Below, one piece after another: positions 51,131-63,764 of a DNA stretch of 64,000 nucleotides (its first letter is position 1; each line of letters starts with the position of its first letter). Source of the stretch: Octopus sinensis. Lineage: Eukaryota. Where the stretch lies: the NCBI RefSeq assembly GCF_006345805.1, contig NC_043013.1:27156001-27220000 (forward strand), read 5' to 3'. Position numbers and translations under genes: made by a program. Below the pieces are notes generated by a model. The model was not told the DNA's origin, did not search any database, and worked only from the letters and a program-made list of their open reading frames with translations.

Positions 51131-51342
51131 TTAAAATAAAAGGAATAAAAATAAGAGACTACCTCTGTCGAGTCCCCCTGAAGGGGGTGTGGAAGGATTT
51201 GGTGGAAATAGGATTGAGAAGTGAATGCTTGTTTCTTAACTCCAGGGAATTCTGAGAAGACCAATGAGATATCATCACCACCATCATCATTATCATCATC
51301 ATTTTTTTAACATCCACTCTTCCATGCTTGCGTGAGTTAGCC

Positions 51343-51681
51343 CAGTGGTTCTCAACCAGGGTCCATATAAGATTTTTGGGGATCCACACAATAAAATAGT
51401 AAATTGGAGATCCAGAATAGTATTTTAAGGGCCCCTGAAAAAATGTTGCTTCGGATGTATGTATTGGTATTTATTGCAAGAAACAGCCAAGTTTCTTTCT
51501 CCCTAACATTTTACAGAGTTCAGACTACCCAAGTGAATGCAAGTAATACAAAATAAGATGTTTGGAAGGAGTATTTATAAGACTAGGTATTAAACATTGA
51601 ACAGCTATGGGCGGGGGTCACTGGAATAAAACAGTAATTAAATGGAGTCTGTAGATAAAAAAAAATGGTTGAGAACCCCTG
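51343..51681. mobile_element. hAT (Charlie/MER5-like) MITE inserted in an RTE-type tail
   Basis: TIRs cagtggttctcaacc / ggttgagaacccctg; degenerate 8-bp TSD agttagcc / gattagac; related ends near 16390, 23820 and 59990. Confidence 0.75.
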
Positions 51682-51849
51682 GATTAGACAGAGTTGACCG
51701 AGGAAGGTTTTCTGTGGCCGGATGCCTTTAAAGTAAATATCGGAGATTCTGTTGTTATGTTTAGAAAAATTCAGGTTTAGCCAATGATTCACATGCAAAA
51801 ACACACCAGCATGCACACACACACATATGCAGAGCAAGGAAAGAGAGAG

Positions 51850-52190
51850 TGCGTGGCTGTGTGGTCAAGATGTTTGCTTCCCAACCACATGGGTTCAGGT
51901 TCAATCCCACTGTGGCACTTCAGGCAAGTGTCTTCTACTGTAGTCATGGGCCAACCAATGCTTTATGGGTGAATTTGGTTGACGGAAACTGAAAGTCCGT
52001 CACGCATGTGTGCATATCATGTGTATGCATGACAACCAATGTTGGTTTATTTACATCCCCATATCTTAGCAGTTTGGCTAAAGAGATCAATAGAATAAGT
52101 ACCAAACTTTGAAAACAAGTACTGGGATTGATATGATTGATTAAACCCTCCAAATAAGTGGCCCTAGTATCTGAAACAAACCAATAAGAA
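51850..52190 (+). mobile_element. SINE-A
   Basis: gcgtggctgtgtggtcaag head and family body. Confidence 0.7.
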
Positions 52191-52194
52191 GGCA

Positions 52195-52595
52195 TCAAGC
52201 TGGCAGGAACGTTAACATGCCGGGCAAAATGCTTAGCAATATTTCATCTGTCACCTTTACCTTTCATCCTTTCGGGGTTGATAAATTAAGTACCAGTTGC
52301 ATACTGGGGTCAATTTAATTGACTGGCCCCCCCTCCCCCAAAATTTCAGGCCTTGTGCTTAGAGTAGAAAAGATTCTCTTATAAAAAAAATGGTGGCGAG
52401 CTGGCAGAAACGTTAGCACACCAGGTGAAATGCTTAGCAGTATTTCATCTTTACGTTCTGAGTTCAAATTCCACCAAGGTCAACTTTGTCTTTCATCCTC
52501 TCGGGGTCAATAAATTAAGTACCAGTTGCGTACTGGGGTCGATCTCATCGACTGGCCCCCTCCTCAAAAATTTCAGACCTTGTTCCTAGAGTTGA
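52195..52595 (+). mobile_element. Two tandem SINE-B copies
   Basis: Heads gctggcagga / ggcgagctggcagaaacg and cores. Confidence 0.8.
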
Positions 52596-52621
52596 AAATA
52601 TCTGAAACAAACCAAAGTGTG

Positions 52622-52666
<45 letters not shown>

Positions 52667-52831
52667 ATATATATTATATATGTATGTATATGCATTAGAG
52701 GGTCAAGATATGTTAAAGTCTGGTTTATTGTGAACACACTCCATCCCTGCAAACATGAAAGAAAGAAAGAGAAAAAAATACTAGCAAAAGTTTGCTAATG
52801 GTGTGTGTGTGTTGTATTTTTATTTTTGTAG

Positions 52832-52838
52832 AATTACA
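52832..52838 (+). CDS. Candidate 7-nt microexon AATTACA
   Basis: Branch-like TGCTAAT (52793-52799), (GT)n, then ttgtatttttatttttgtAG, 7 nt, then GTAAGT. Inclusion gives ...HAAA-ELQ-RLSP... in frame with exon 56559. Confidence 0.35.
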
Positions 52839-53561
52839 GTAAGTGTTGTTGAGAGAGAAAGACAAAATCTCCATTCCAAATTCCAACTTTTGAATCTGTA
52901 TGGAGATTGCTGTGTTCATTTTTGTTTTCTTTTTACTTTCTACTGTTTTTTTTTCTTTCCATTCTCTTTTTCTTTCTCTTTCTCTCCTCCTCTTTCTTAA
53001 ACAAATCTATAGATTCTATTCCAAGAATAACTTGTCTAGTGCTGTAGTTGTTCTAATACCAGATTAAATGGCATTTCTCTTAGTCAATAAACCATGAACT
53101 TGTCTCTGACTTCACTTCAGTCTCTGTTTACTTACCTCATCATCATCATCATCATTTCCACCATCATCATCATCATCATTTCCACCATCATCATCATCAT
53201 TATTATTATGTTGCTATTTGCTTTCAGACTTTTTTTTTTTTTTGTTTTGTTTTGTTTTCCTCATTCCTCCTCTGACATGGTTTTATCTCATAGAAGTGGA
53301 TATTTCAAGTCAACTTTGACAAAACAAGGAAGAATGCATTATCCATTTTAATGCATTTCCTTAACCGTTATCTAAGGAATGGCCTACTATATGAGGCTGA
53401 ATAGAAGAAGATATTTCTTTAATCTTCCTTTACCTTGGACTCTACTCTTTCTCCTCCCCACCTGCATCTCTCAATCTATCAATCAATCTATCTAGCAATA
53501 TATCTATCTACCTATCTTTCTATCTATCTATCTACATATATCTATATATACTTTCATATCT

Positions 53562-53593
<32 letters not shown>

Positions 53594-53618
53594 CTCACAC
53601 ACACTCTCTCACTCTCTC

Positions 53619-53692
<74 letters not shown>

Positions 53693-53899
53693 CAGATTCT
53701 GTGTATGATTTGACTGTTGCAAAATGATCTGTGTAAATAATTCAATATTACCATCTTGCCACAATAGGCAGCAGGAAAATTTTCTTTAGAAATCAGCTAT
53801 ATTTCCTTTAGCTATCTTTCCTTTTGTTTCTGACTTCTTTTAAATAAGACTAGAAATTATATTCTTTTTTTTTTTTTTCTCATCTCCTAGTCTCTTTTG

Positions 53900-54101
53900 C
53901 TCTTCACACACACACACACGCATATGTGTGTGTGTCTGTCTGCATATTTGTGTGTCTATATGTGTGTGTGCATATATAATATATATATATCTGTATATAT
54001 GTATATGTATATATATATCTATCTATATATATAATATATTTGTATTTATTTATTATATATATATATATATATATATTTGTATTTATTTATATATATATTT
54101 G

Positions 54102-54164
<63 letters not shown>

Positions 54165-54386
54165 ATTATATTTGTATTATTTATTTATATATATATATAT
54201 GTATATATATATATAATATCTGTATATATTATATAATATCTGTATATATATATATCTGTATATATATATATATATATATATATCTGTATATATATATAAT
54301 ATCTGTATATATATATATCTGTATATATATATATCTGTATATATATATATCTGTATATATATATAAATCTGTATATATATATAATA

Positions 54387-54417
<31 letters not shown>

Positions 54418-54468
54418 CTATATATATATATAGTATATATATATATCTGTATATATGTATATGTGTGG

Positions 54469-54511
<43 letters not shown>

Positions 54512-54710
54512 CTGTATATGTATGTGTGTATATATGTATGTGTGTATATATGTATGTATATATATGTATATCTGTATATATATATATGTATGTGTGTATA
54601 TATGTATGTGTGTATATGTGTATATCTGTATATATATATGTATGTGTGTATATATATATGTATATATATGTATGTGTATATATATATGTATGTGTATATA
54701 TATATGTATA

Positions 54711-54751
<41 letters not shown>

Positions 54752-54850
54752 ATATATGTATATATATATATATGTATATATATGTATATATATGTGTATG
54801 TGTGTGTATGTATATGTGTATATATGTGTATATATATGTATGTATATGTG

Positions 54851-54887
<37 letters not shown>

Positions 54888-55085
54888 GTGTATGTATATG
54901 TGTATATATATGTTTGTATATGTGTATATATATGTATATATATGTATGTATATGTATATATATATAGTATATATATATATGTATATATATATATGTATAT
55001 GTATATATATATATGTATATATATATGTGTATATATGTATATGTATATATGTGTATATGTACGTGTGTATATGTATGTGTATATC

Positions 55086-55117
<32 letters not shown>

Positions 55118-55610
55118 TGTGTATATATGTATATATATATATATAGTTGTATATGTATATGTATATATGTATATATAATGGTATATATATATGTGTATTT
55201 ATGTATATATATATATATGTATATATATATGTGTTATGTATATATATATGTGTTATATATGTATATATATATGTGTAGATATGTATATATATATATATGT
55301 ATATATATATGTGTATATATATGTATATATATATAGTCTTATGTATATGTATATATATATAATATATGTGTATATATATATTATATATATATATAGCTAT
55401 GTATATTATATATATATATATATATTATATGTATATATATATATATATATAATCCTATATAGTGTATATATATATATGTATATGTAAAATATATATATAT
55501 TATATGTGTATATATTCTATAGATATGTATATGTATATATATATATATATATGTTGTGTGTGTGTAATATGCATGTGTGTTATATATACATGTATATATA
55601 ATGGAGCACA
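53900..55610. repeat. ~1.7-kb compound (TA)/(TG)-rich array
   Basis: Nearly pure alternating purine-pyrimidine with atatctgtatat sub-units. Confidence 0.95.
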
Positions 55611-56036
55611 TTATAGTCCTTTTATATTTATCATATACTTAGTTATTTCTTTTTATTTATTATATTTTTCATTAAATTTCAATGCAGAGGAGATAATTTA
55701 AAATAATCTATTGTCCCTACCCACCCATCCTTCATTCTACTTTTTTGTTTCTGGCAAAGATTTTATAATAGTTTGTGTAGACTTTTTTTTAAATATATAT
55801 ATATATATATAATATAATATAATTTATATATATAATATATATTTATCTTAAAATTATTGTGTTGTTGTATTATAAGTTTGTTGTTTGTCTTTTTTATATT
55901 TTTATTTTAATGTCTTTGGTCAAGATAGACATCTCATTACCAAACATTGAGTGAAAAAAAATAGGTTTTCCTTGGAGGCTGGAGGAAAGATGGTTTGAAA
56001 ATTCCAATCATATTCATCTTCTTCACTCCATCACAC

Positions 56037-56081
<45 letters not shown>

Positions 56082-56558
56082 ATACATAGATGTGTGTGTG
56101 TGTGTGTCTGTATATAAGCCTATATTCTTTATAATTTTTATCATTGTCTTTTATTTTTAATCATTTTACTATGGATTAGACAAATCCCATTTTACACAAA
56201 CTCCATTGCAAATTATCTTATGTTGTTGTGGTGGCGGTGGCAGTGATGGTGGAGGGCATGTAAGGTGCGTCTGTGTGTGTATGGGAGTATGTTTGTTTGT
56301 GAATCATTTGTATGAAACTGATGCACCAAGATTATAATAATAATCAAAATGAGATTGAATCTACCGGTGATACCACTATATATATATTTATATATATATA
56401 TATATATAAATATATATATATGATATACATGCATATGTACACATGTATTCACATATATACATATATCCATTGTTGAAATGTTTGCATACATATGTAATAT
56501 TTTCTCTGACTGCCTCTGCAATTTGTTTCTGTTATAATTATTTAATCCTCTTTGGCAG

Positions 56559-56651
56559 GAGGCTCTCCCCAACCACAACCATACCCCTACCCCACCCTCC
56601 ATTGGAATCTGAAGCTCTGGCAATTGCTCACCATTTTAATCAAGTCTTCTG
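56559..56651 (+). CDS. Candidate 93-nt exon; phase-2 reading RLSPTTTIPLPHPPLESEALAIAHHFNQVF, phase-1 reading GSPQPQPYPYPTLHWNLKLWQLLTILIKSS
   Basis: ttaatcctctttggcAG acceptor with upstream pyrimidine tract; weak donor TG|GTATTG; GC-richer island between microsatellites; two frames open. Confidence 0.5.
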
Positions 56652-56684
56652 GTATTGATACTTGTATCTATCTGTGTATATATG

Positions 56685-56739
<55 letters not shown>

Positions 56740-56812
56740 GTATATATAAATATATTTATATATACACAAATGTGTGTGTATGTATATATGCATACACACA
56801 CACACATATATG

Positions 56813-56844
<32 letters not shown>

Positions 56845-57531
56845 ATCAGTGTTGGATTACAAGTTGTTACTTCATAGTAGTTTTTATGATTACAGCAATG
56901 GCTGTGTGGTTAAGAAGCCAACATCTCAACTGCATGGTTTGGGGTTTGATCCTACTTCACTGCTTTTTTCAACAAATATCTCTCACCCAAGCCCTAGCTT
57001 TCTAACTGACGAATGTCTTCTATATGGAACTTGGTAAGCGGAAAAAAGTGCCAAAGCCCATAGTATGCATTTGAATGCACATGTATGTTTTTTGGCCAAT
57101 GTAAATTGGGAAAAGGATTTATACATTGACAAGAAAAGCAACAAAAGAATGGTGATTTACAAGCAAGGTCCCCTGACATATTTGTTCTGCATCAAGTTAG
57201 ACACTTCCTGGCAGTGACCCACCATTGGGTGGTGGGGAGTTGAATAAATCAAGGTGATGGTAAAAAACAATGTTAAATGTGAGTGGTGGTGATGACAGTA
57301 AGAATGGGGGACTGGTGTCAATAGGAAGTGGCTCATTGGGTGGGATTTGGAGGCTATCTAGTTGTGATGGGGAGGCAGGCGAGCGCAATGGAAAGAGAAA
57401 GGAGCAAGAAGACCCGATATAACTTGTTGATAGATACCTCTGAGAATTATACAGCCAGACAGTGAAGGAACTTTTATGTAGTCAATCAACCTGCTAGAAA
57501 TAGTAACGGTGAAATCACCCTACCTTCTTAA

Positions 57532-57753
57532 CCCTTTTGATACCAACCTGCCTGAAACCACCTCTGGCTCTGTAGTACAAATATCTTGTTTTTAAAAGTT
57601 CTGAATTAAAATCTTCCACCAAACCTTTGTCACAATTTATGTTTCTAACACTAGCTTAATGATAACTAAGTTATTTTACTAAATTCTTTGTTATATTTAA
57701 AATTAATTAAAAGAAACGCAGAGCATCTCAACAGAAATATGGTAAGAAAAGAG
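57532..57753 (+). mobile_element. TTAA MITE family A
   Basis: TTAA-CCCTTTTgatacc start and full family body. Confidence 0.7.
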
Positions 57754-58309
57754 TCAAACCTTAAGCATTTAAGCTGACCATATCTGGCCTCTCATACCTA
57801 CTCTACACTGTCTTTCTAAAAATGAACAATCACATTGAAGTCTCAGAGATACAAGGTAATACATGATCAATTCAGAAAAATATGAATAAATAAGCATTAC
57901 ATTTGACAGATTAATCTGAATGCTAAAGGGTTTAAGAAGAAAGTAGATATTGTATACTGTAATCCTAGATACATTGTACCTGTAAAAATTATAGACTGGA
58001 TGGTCACAACCTGAATGCCTTTAATCAAACATTGATCTAGTCAATCACAATTAACTTGGAAAAAAATCTAAACACCAATCAAGCAACGAACTGTTGGTTG
58101 TGCTGATGTGTGAGATACTGGTCAGTCGTGGGTGTCTTTGAGAAGCATGGAACTCAGATCTGTACGATAACAAATCCCTTCTATACTGTTGCAGTGTATT
58201 TATGTTGAACCTTGTGAAAAATTTACGAGCCTGTGAGAGCAATTCATGAACCAACAGTTTAACGTCAATTAAAAGATCAGACTTCCTCCTCACTGTGATC
58301 AGTATCTTT

Positions 58310-58610
58310 AACTTTGTTTCAGTCATTGGACTGTGGCCATGCTGGGGCACCACCTTGAAGGGCTTTACTCAAATGAATTGATGCCAGTATTTTTTTTTCT
58401 TTTGTAAACCTGGTACTTATTCTCTCAGTCTCTTATGTCGAACCATTAAGTTTTAGGGACATAAGCCAACCAACACTGGTTGTCAAGTGGTGACAAGGGA
58501 TGGACATACACAACACACACACATACAATGAGCTCTCAGTTTCTCTCTACCAGATTCACTCACAAGGCTTTGGTTGTCCCTGTGTTATAGTGGAAAGCAT
58601 CCAAAGTACC
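58310..58610 (-). mobile_element. SINE-A, head truncated
   Basis: tgtttcagtcattggactgtggccatgctgggg tail and body. Confidence 0.7.
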
Positions 58611-60091
58611 ACACAGCCATATCTGCACCAATATAAAAATTTTTAAAAAAAGGGAAATTATTGTTATTCATTGTTCTTATTATTGCTAACCCTGAACAAA
58701 CCTATCTATAACTAATAGTATTCCAATCATAACAGTCCCACCTTCAGAACAAAATAAAAGGTATAATTTGAGAGAGGCTCTAGCTGTTATTTCTAACAGG
58801 TTAAGCAACCATTTACAGGTTCCCCTCATTAATTCATATCGTAGCTAGTTTTGAATAAATGTATCTTCTCTGCTATAACAGCTTTCATTTGAGAGATGGA
58901 GTGTATCATCAAACAAGGCCCATGGGGGGTAAACCTACAAAGTTAATCTAACCTAATTTAATCCAATCTAATTTGATTTGCTTGCTACAGCCATTGATAG
59001 TTGTGCTTAGTGTTCAAATGGAAAACATTATATGAAAAGTAGTATGACCAAGGTGTTTGGGCAATAAATTAATAGCAAAATGTCACAGTTGTGAGGAAGC
59101 ATAATTTATGGATTAAACGAAAATCTATAATCTGTTCGGCTTTCTTTTAATTCTTTAGTGATTTGATTGATATTGTTCAGGTTTATTGATTTTTATTGTT
59201 AAATAATTTGACTTTAGTATGAAATATTTCAGGTGGCTAATTGTGGTAGTGTTAGGAATTGCATAGCTGTAAGCTTACTATTGCTACTAACTAAAGCATA
59301 TTGTCAAATCATTTCATAGTTGCATGATGAGTTAAACATGGGATGGTCTGTTGTTCACCAAACCTGTACACACAGCTTGTTATTAGAACTAAAGCACAGA
59401 TCAAATAGCAAACCTGACTATAAGAGGATTGCAGTCTCTAGTGGAAGTGAAGTTAAGTACTATAGTGGCTTCAGTAGATTCTTGTGAGTTTTTCTAGGCT
59501 CATTGAGAGATTTGAAATTCTTCATTAAAACACAAGACATACTATTAGTTGTACAGTTCCCTCCTCCTCTTCCTCTTTCTTCTTCTTCTTCTTGATGTTA
59601 AATGATGATGATGATGTTAAATAATATTTGATGAGGAGGAGGATTTCAGTGAGGGAGGGTTGGTGCACATTGATGCCGTCAAGAGGTGGGCCCCGAAACA
59701 GCGTGCATTCTCTCCTGGTGACCACATATACCTGCTGGCTTCTGGTATGCGGAGTTCTTGACTGGTAACACTTGCATGTGCAAGTCGTTTGCAAAACACA
59801 ACCATGCGGGAGCAATGTCACAAAGGGTTTATAGGTGGGGAAACACACACACACACACACTTACCTGAGCTGTGATCCATGGAGGCCTAAGGGGTCTGCA
59901 AAAAAAAGATCTTGAGGTCAATGAAACAAGATCAAAAGTCAAACAGGCATGTCTTTTAAAAGTCTGGGATCCTTGGTTGTGAAAGTCGGGAACCACTAAC
60001 CTACAACATTGTTAAAATTATTATTGGTATTATTAATAATATAAATTGAAAATACAACTACAAAGTTGTAATTGTATTGATTATAATTGCA

Positions 60092-60305
60092 AAGTAGCGA
60101 GCTGACAGAATCATTGGTGCATCAAACAAAATGCTTAGTGGCATATCTTTTGGCTCTTTACTTTCTGGGTTCAAATTCCACCAAGGTCAGCTTCACCTTT
60201 CATTCTTTCAAGGTCAGTAAAATAAAATACCAGCCGAGTGCTGGGTCAATGTAATCAACTATGCCCCTCCCCTTAAAATTGCTGGCTTTGTGCTGTAAAT
60301 TAAAC
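60092..60305 (+). mobile_element. SINE-B
   Basis: gcgagctgacagaatc..gggttcaaattccaccaaggtc..gctggctttgtgc. Confidence 0.75.
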
Positions 60306-61268
60306 AATTATTAATTGTAATTTTAGCTGTATTATTTGATCACATGGAGTCTAGGATGTTATCAAAAACCTTCACACTTTTCAACCAATCAAACATCATG
60401 GCCAGCAGGACATCAGCCTTCACATTTGATACAAAACTGTAGTGATGAGTAATAGCAACAATACTAGGCCTTTTTTATGTATAGGCCCATAAACCAGCAA
60501 ACACAGAGGTAAGGGGTAAGGAGCACTTGTTCTTCATAGAATAATCCTTGGTCTGAGATTCTTTGATTTGGCTACAGATTGCTGTCTCTACCCTCCAATT
60601 GTGACCTGTCTTTTCATCTTTCCAGTCTATGCCATTTTCCCCCCATAATTCTGTATACCTCTACCAGCATTTATTTTTTCCTTAAAGTTCTACTATTACT
60701 ATCCCCTCGTTCATCACCTCAGTTATAAAGCAATCAGTATTATTATATAAGTTGAAGTTCAACCAAAATTGTCTATTGTTTGAAGAGTTAGTTGGTGGGG
60801 AGTTTCTGTCTATAATGCTACAGTTTATATTCTACCTGCTGATTGAGTCATACCTGATGTTAGTCATATACCTTAGCAGAGAGGGAGAGAAATAATAGAC
60901 AATACCTTTAATCATTTGTTGACCCCTGTAGATCATAAGCTCAATAATCTTAAATTCGTTATATATATTTTCTTTTAATTCAACTCTCCATTGTTAATTC
61001 TCTCTGTACAATCATAATTTATTTTACTCTATTTTTCTTAATTTTTTTTTCCTTTAAACATTTTACTTCCATTTTTTTTATGACATCAGTGGAATAGTTT
61101 TTTCTTTTCATTTTTGTATTTTTTCCCCTTAGTTTTGTACTTTTTGTTTATGGTTGGTGCAGTTTGCTTTTACAGTTTAAATTTTGCTCATCTATTATTA
61201 ACAATTTCAACTGGAAAGCAGAGGTAGCATCTATCATCAGCCTACTAGCTGGCCAGATCATAGTCCAT

Positions 61269-61378
61269 CTCTTTCCTTTGGATAATGCACCTCTTTTCAT
61301 TGGCTAATGCATCATAGCCTGCCTCTTTTCATTGGATAATGCATCAAAGCCTGCCTTTCATTGGATAATATATCATAG
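61269..61378 (+). repeat. 32-bp minisatellite, ~3.5 copies
   Basis: ctcttttcattgg(a/c)taatgcatca(t/a)agcctgc at 61291 and 61323 with partial flanking units. Confidence 0.9.
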
Positions 61379-61732
61379 TAATGTCTAATGTACAAAAAAG
61401 GTAAACGGAATTATTTAAAATGTAGGCAGTTGCATAAACAAGGTGACAGGTATCAAACCATTTGCCATAACTGTAATTCTCATCTTGACACTGCATTATT
61501 TCAATGGCTTGACGTAATGAAGTAAAGAACACATTACTTGCCAAAAAGCCCACTCTACATAGCTGTAAATAGGACCTGCAGGTTAGGGAGAATTCATTGC
61601 TTTGAGAAATTGCAAATATTTTGTTGTACTCTGTATACAATAGGGAAGTATTCCAATGTATACATCCCTTTAATTATTACAGAGACCAGGACTTCAATTG
61701 GCTTTTAAAGCTTTGATAGGCTAAAGGATTAA

Positions 61733-61910
61733 CCCTTTTGTTACCAACCCAGCTGAAACCAGCTCTAGCTCTGAGTACAAATGTCTTGTTTTCATAAGTT
61801 TTGAATTAAAATCTTCCACCAAACCATAGTCACAATCTATGTTCCTAACGCTAGCTTAATAATAACTAAGCTATTTTACTAAATTCTTTGTTATAAAGTA
61901 ATTGAAAGGG
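61733..61910 (+). mobile_element. TTAA MITE family A
   Basis: TTAA (61729-61732) CCCTTTT ... AAAGGG TTAA (61911-61914). Confidence 0.75.
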
Positions 61911-61989
61911 TTAAAGGGCTATTTCTGGTTTCTGAAGTGTTAAAACTGAACATGAAATGACTCTCTCCTTAAATAATTAAAAAGACCCC

Positions 61990-62320
61990 GCTTCAATTAT
62001 GAATGGTCATGGGATTGCACCTAGAAAGTTCCCCTCCAAGGCACAAGTCTGGTCAAGCTTGGTTTTGGAAGACCAGCAGTTGCCCATGCATACCAGCCTC
62101 CTCTCTCCATGTCACCAATGTTATCCAAGGGAAAGGCAAAGGGGCTGATACAGCTTGGTACCAGTGACATCACAACTCATTTCTACAGCTGAGTGAACTG
62201 GAGCAACAGGAAATAAAGTGTCTTGCTCAAGAAGGCAACACACCGCCTGGTCCAGAAATTGAACTCACTAACTCATGATTGTGAGCCCAGTGCTATAACC
62301 ACTGAGTCACACACCTTCAC
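61990..62320 (-). mobile_element. SINE-C (tRNA-like head, cttgagcaagacactttattt..gttgctccagttcactcagct block)
   Basis: Minus strand reads gactcagtggttatagc..gagttcaatttc; related copies at 8450-8700 (-) and 31700-32000 (+). Confidence 0.7.
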
Positions 62321-62699
62321 TTAAATAATTAGAAGTCTGTATGCCCTAGAAGAGCCAGTTGCATAATCCCAGCTAGGTGAACTAAGGTAATGTATATCAA
62401 AGATAACAGAACAATCCTTAAGTGAGCTGCTAATCCATCAGATTATCTATCCATCTATTTCTCCAACATATTGTTATAATATGACATAGGTTAATTTTTA
62501 GATGTCAGTTTAGTTTGAAAGTTATAACCTAATAATTATCATTTAATTAAGCTTTTCAGTAATTAAAAAATATTAATTATTGTATTTTAATTAAATATAA
62601 CAGAAAACTTTAATATTCAATTAAACCAATGATTAATAATCTTTCTCCCTTATTGTAATTACCTTTTTTTTTTATATTATTGGTTATTCCTTTGTGTGT

Positions 62700-63060
62700 G
62701 TGTGGCTATGTGGTTAAGAACCTCACTTTGCAACCCACATGGTTTTGCATTCAGTCCCACTGCATGGCACCTTGGTTAAGTGTCTTCTGATATGTGTCAA
62801 ACGAGGTCTTGTGAGTGAATTTGGTAAGTGGAAACTGTGGAAGCCCATCCTTCATGTGTGTGTTTCTCTCACCATCACCACCACTACCACTTGACAACTG
62901 GTGTTAGTTTGTTCACATCCCTGTAACTTTGTGACAAAAGAGGCCGATAGGATAAGTAACCAGCTTACAAATAAGCACTGGAGCCAATCAGTTTGACTAA
63001 AATTCTTCAAGGCAGTACCCCAGAATGGCCATAATCCAATGACAGAAACAATAAAAAAAG
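62700..63060 (+). mobile_element. SINE-A
   Basis: gtggctatgtggttaagaac head, family body and tail. Confidence 0.75.
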
Positions 63061-63618
63061 TAAAGGGACACACACACACGCGCACAGACACACACACGCA
63101 CACACACACACACACAAAAGCATGCGTTCATATGATATAGGCTCTAAAATGCCATTGTGGTGGTCATTGTATTTGAAACTTTGGGAAATCCTTGTTGTGT
63201 AATACAAATTCCTTCTTGAAAGGTTTCCAGTGATTCTGTTTCTCCACTCCATTATTTCGATAGGAAAGCATGCATGGTCATTTTGTCTGTTGGCAGCAAG
63301 TTTTAGCAAAAGAAATTATCAATAAATTCTTGAGAGAATGACTCAACTCCTCCATGTGACTCACTGAGCAGGCCAACTTTTTAATGACAGTTTATATGAA
63401 TTGCGGTGAAATAAAAATTAAGAATGTCGTAGAATGTAGCAGGCCATTGTGGTGATTCTTTGGCAAATAAACATGAGACACAGTAGAAAATGTAAGTGGG
63501 GAAACTTAATGTTGAAAATCTGTATTTTGAAAGGAGGAGGAGGGGGAATAAAAAAAATTTTAAATAAAATGCAATTACCATATTCTCATCAGTTTGATAA
63601 TTCGATGTTCAAGAATTG

Positions 63619-63654
<36 letters not shown>

Positions 63655-63764
63655 GTTGAGAAAGATTTTAAGATTTCAAAACTTGCTAAATGGATTTTTG
63701 TTTGGTGTTTTTTTTTTTTTTTTGAGAGTTTGAGAAATATTTCGACCTACTTATTAGTAGGTCA

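Noticed and set aside
56600-56651. NLKLWQLLTILIKS resembles the ETS-domain start (QLWQFLLELL); LESEALA resembles a T-box or POU-IV start
   Set aside because: Only a few residues match, and no continuing domain exon was found in the window.
57197-57388. Pro/Ser-rich minus-strand ORF
   Set aside because: Composition explained by a G-rich plus strand; no splice signals, and antisense to the supported gene.
59590-59870. GC-richer segment with short ORFs on both strands and a minus-strand CAG|GTAAGT
   Set aside because: No matching acceptor, no recognisable peptide, and adjacent to a hAT-MITE remnant.
61176-61223. 48-nt candidate downstream exon (ttttacAG..GAG|GTAGCA); similar candidate near 58880-58930
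   Set aside because: Weak donors and uninformative peptides; cannot be told from chance in T-rich DNA.
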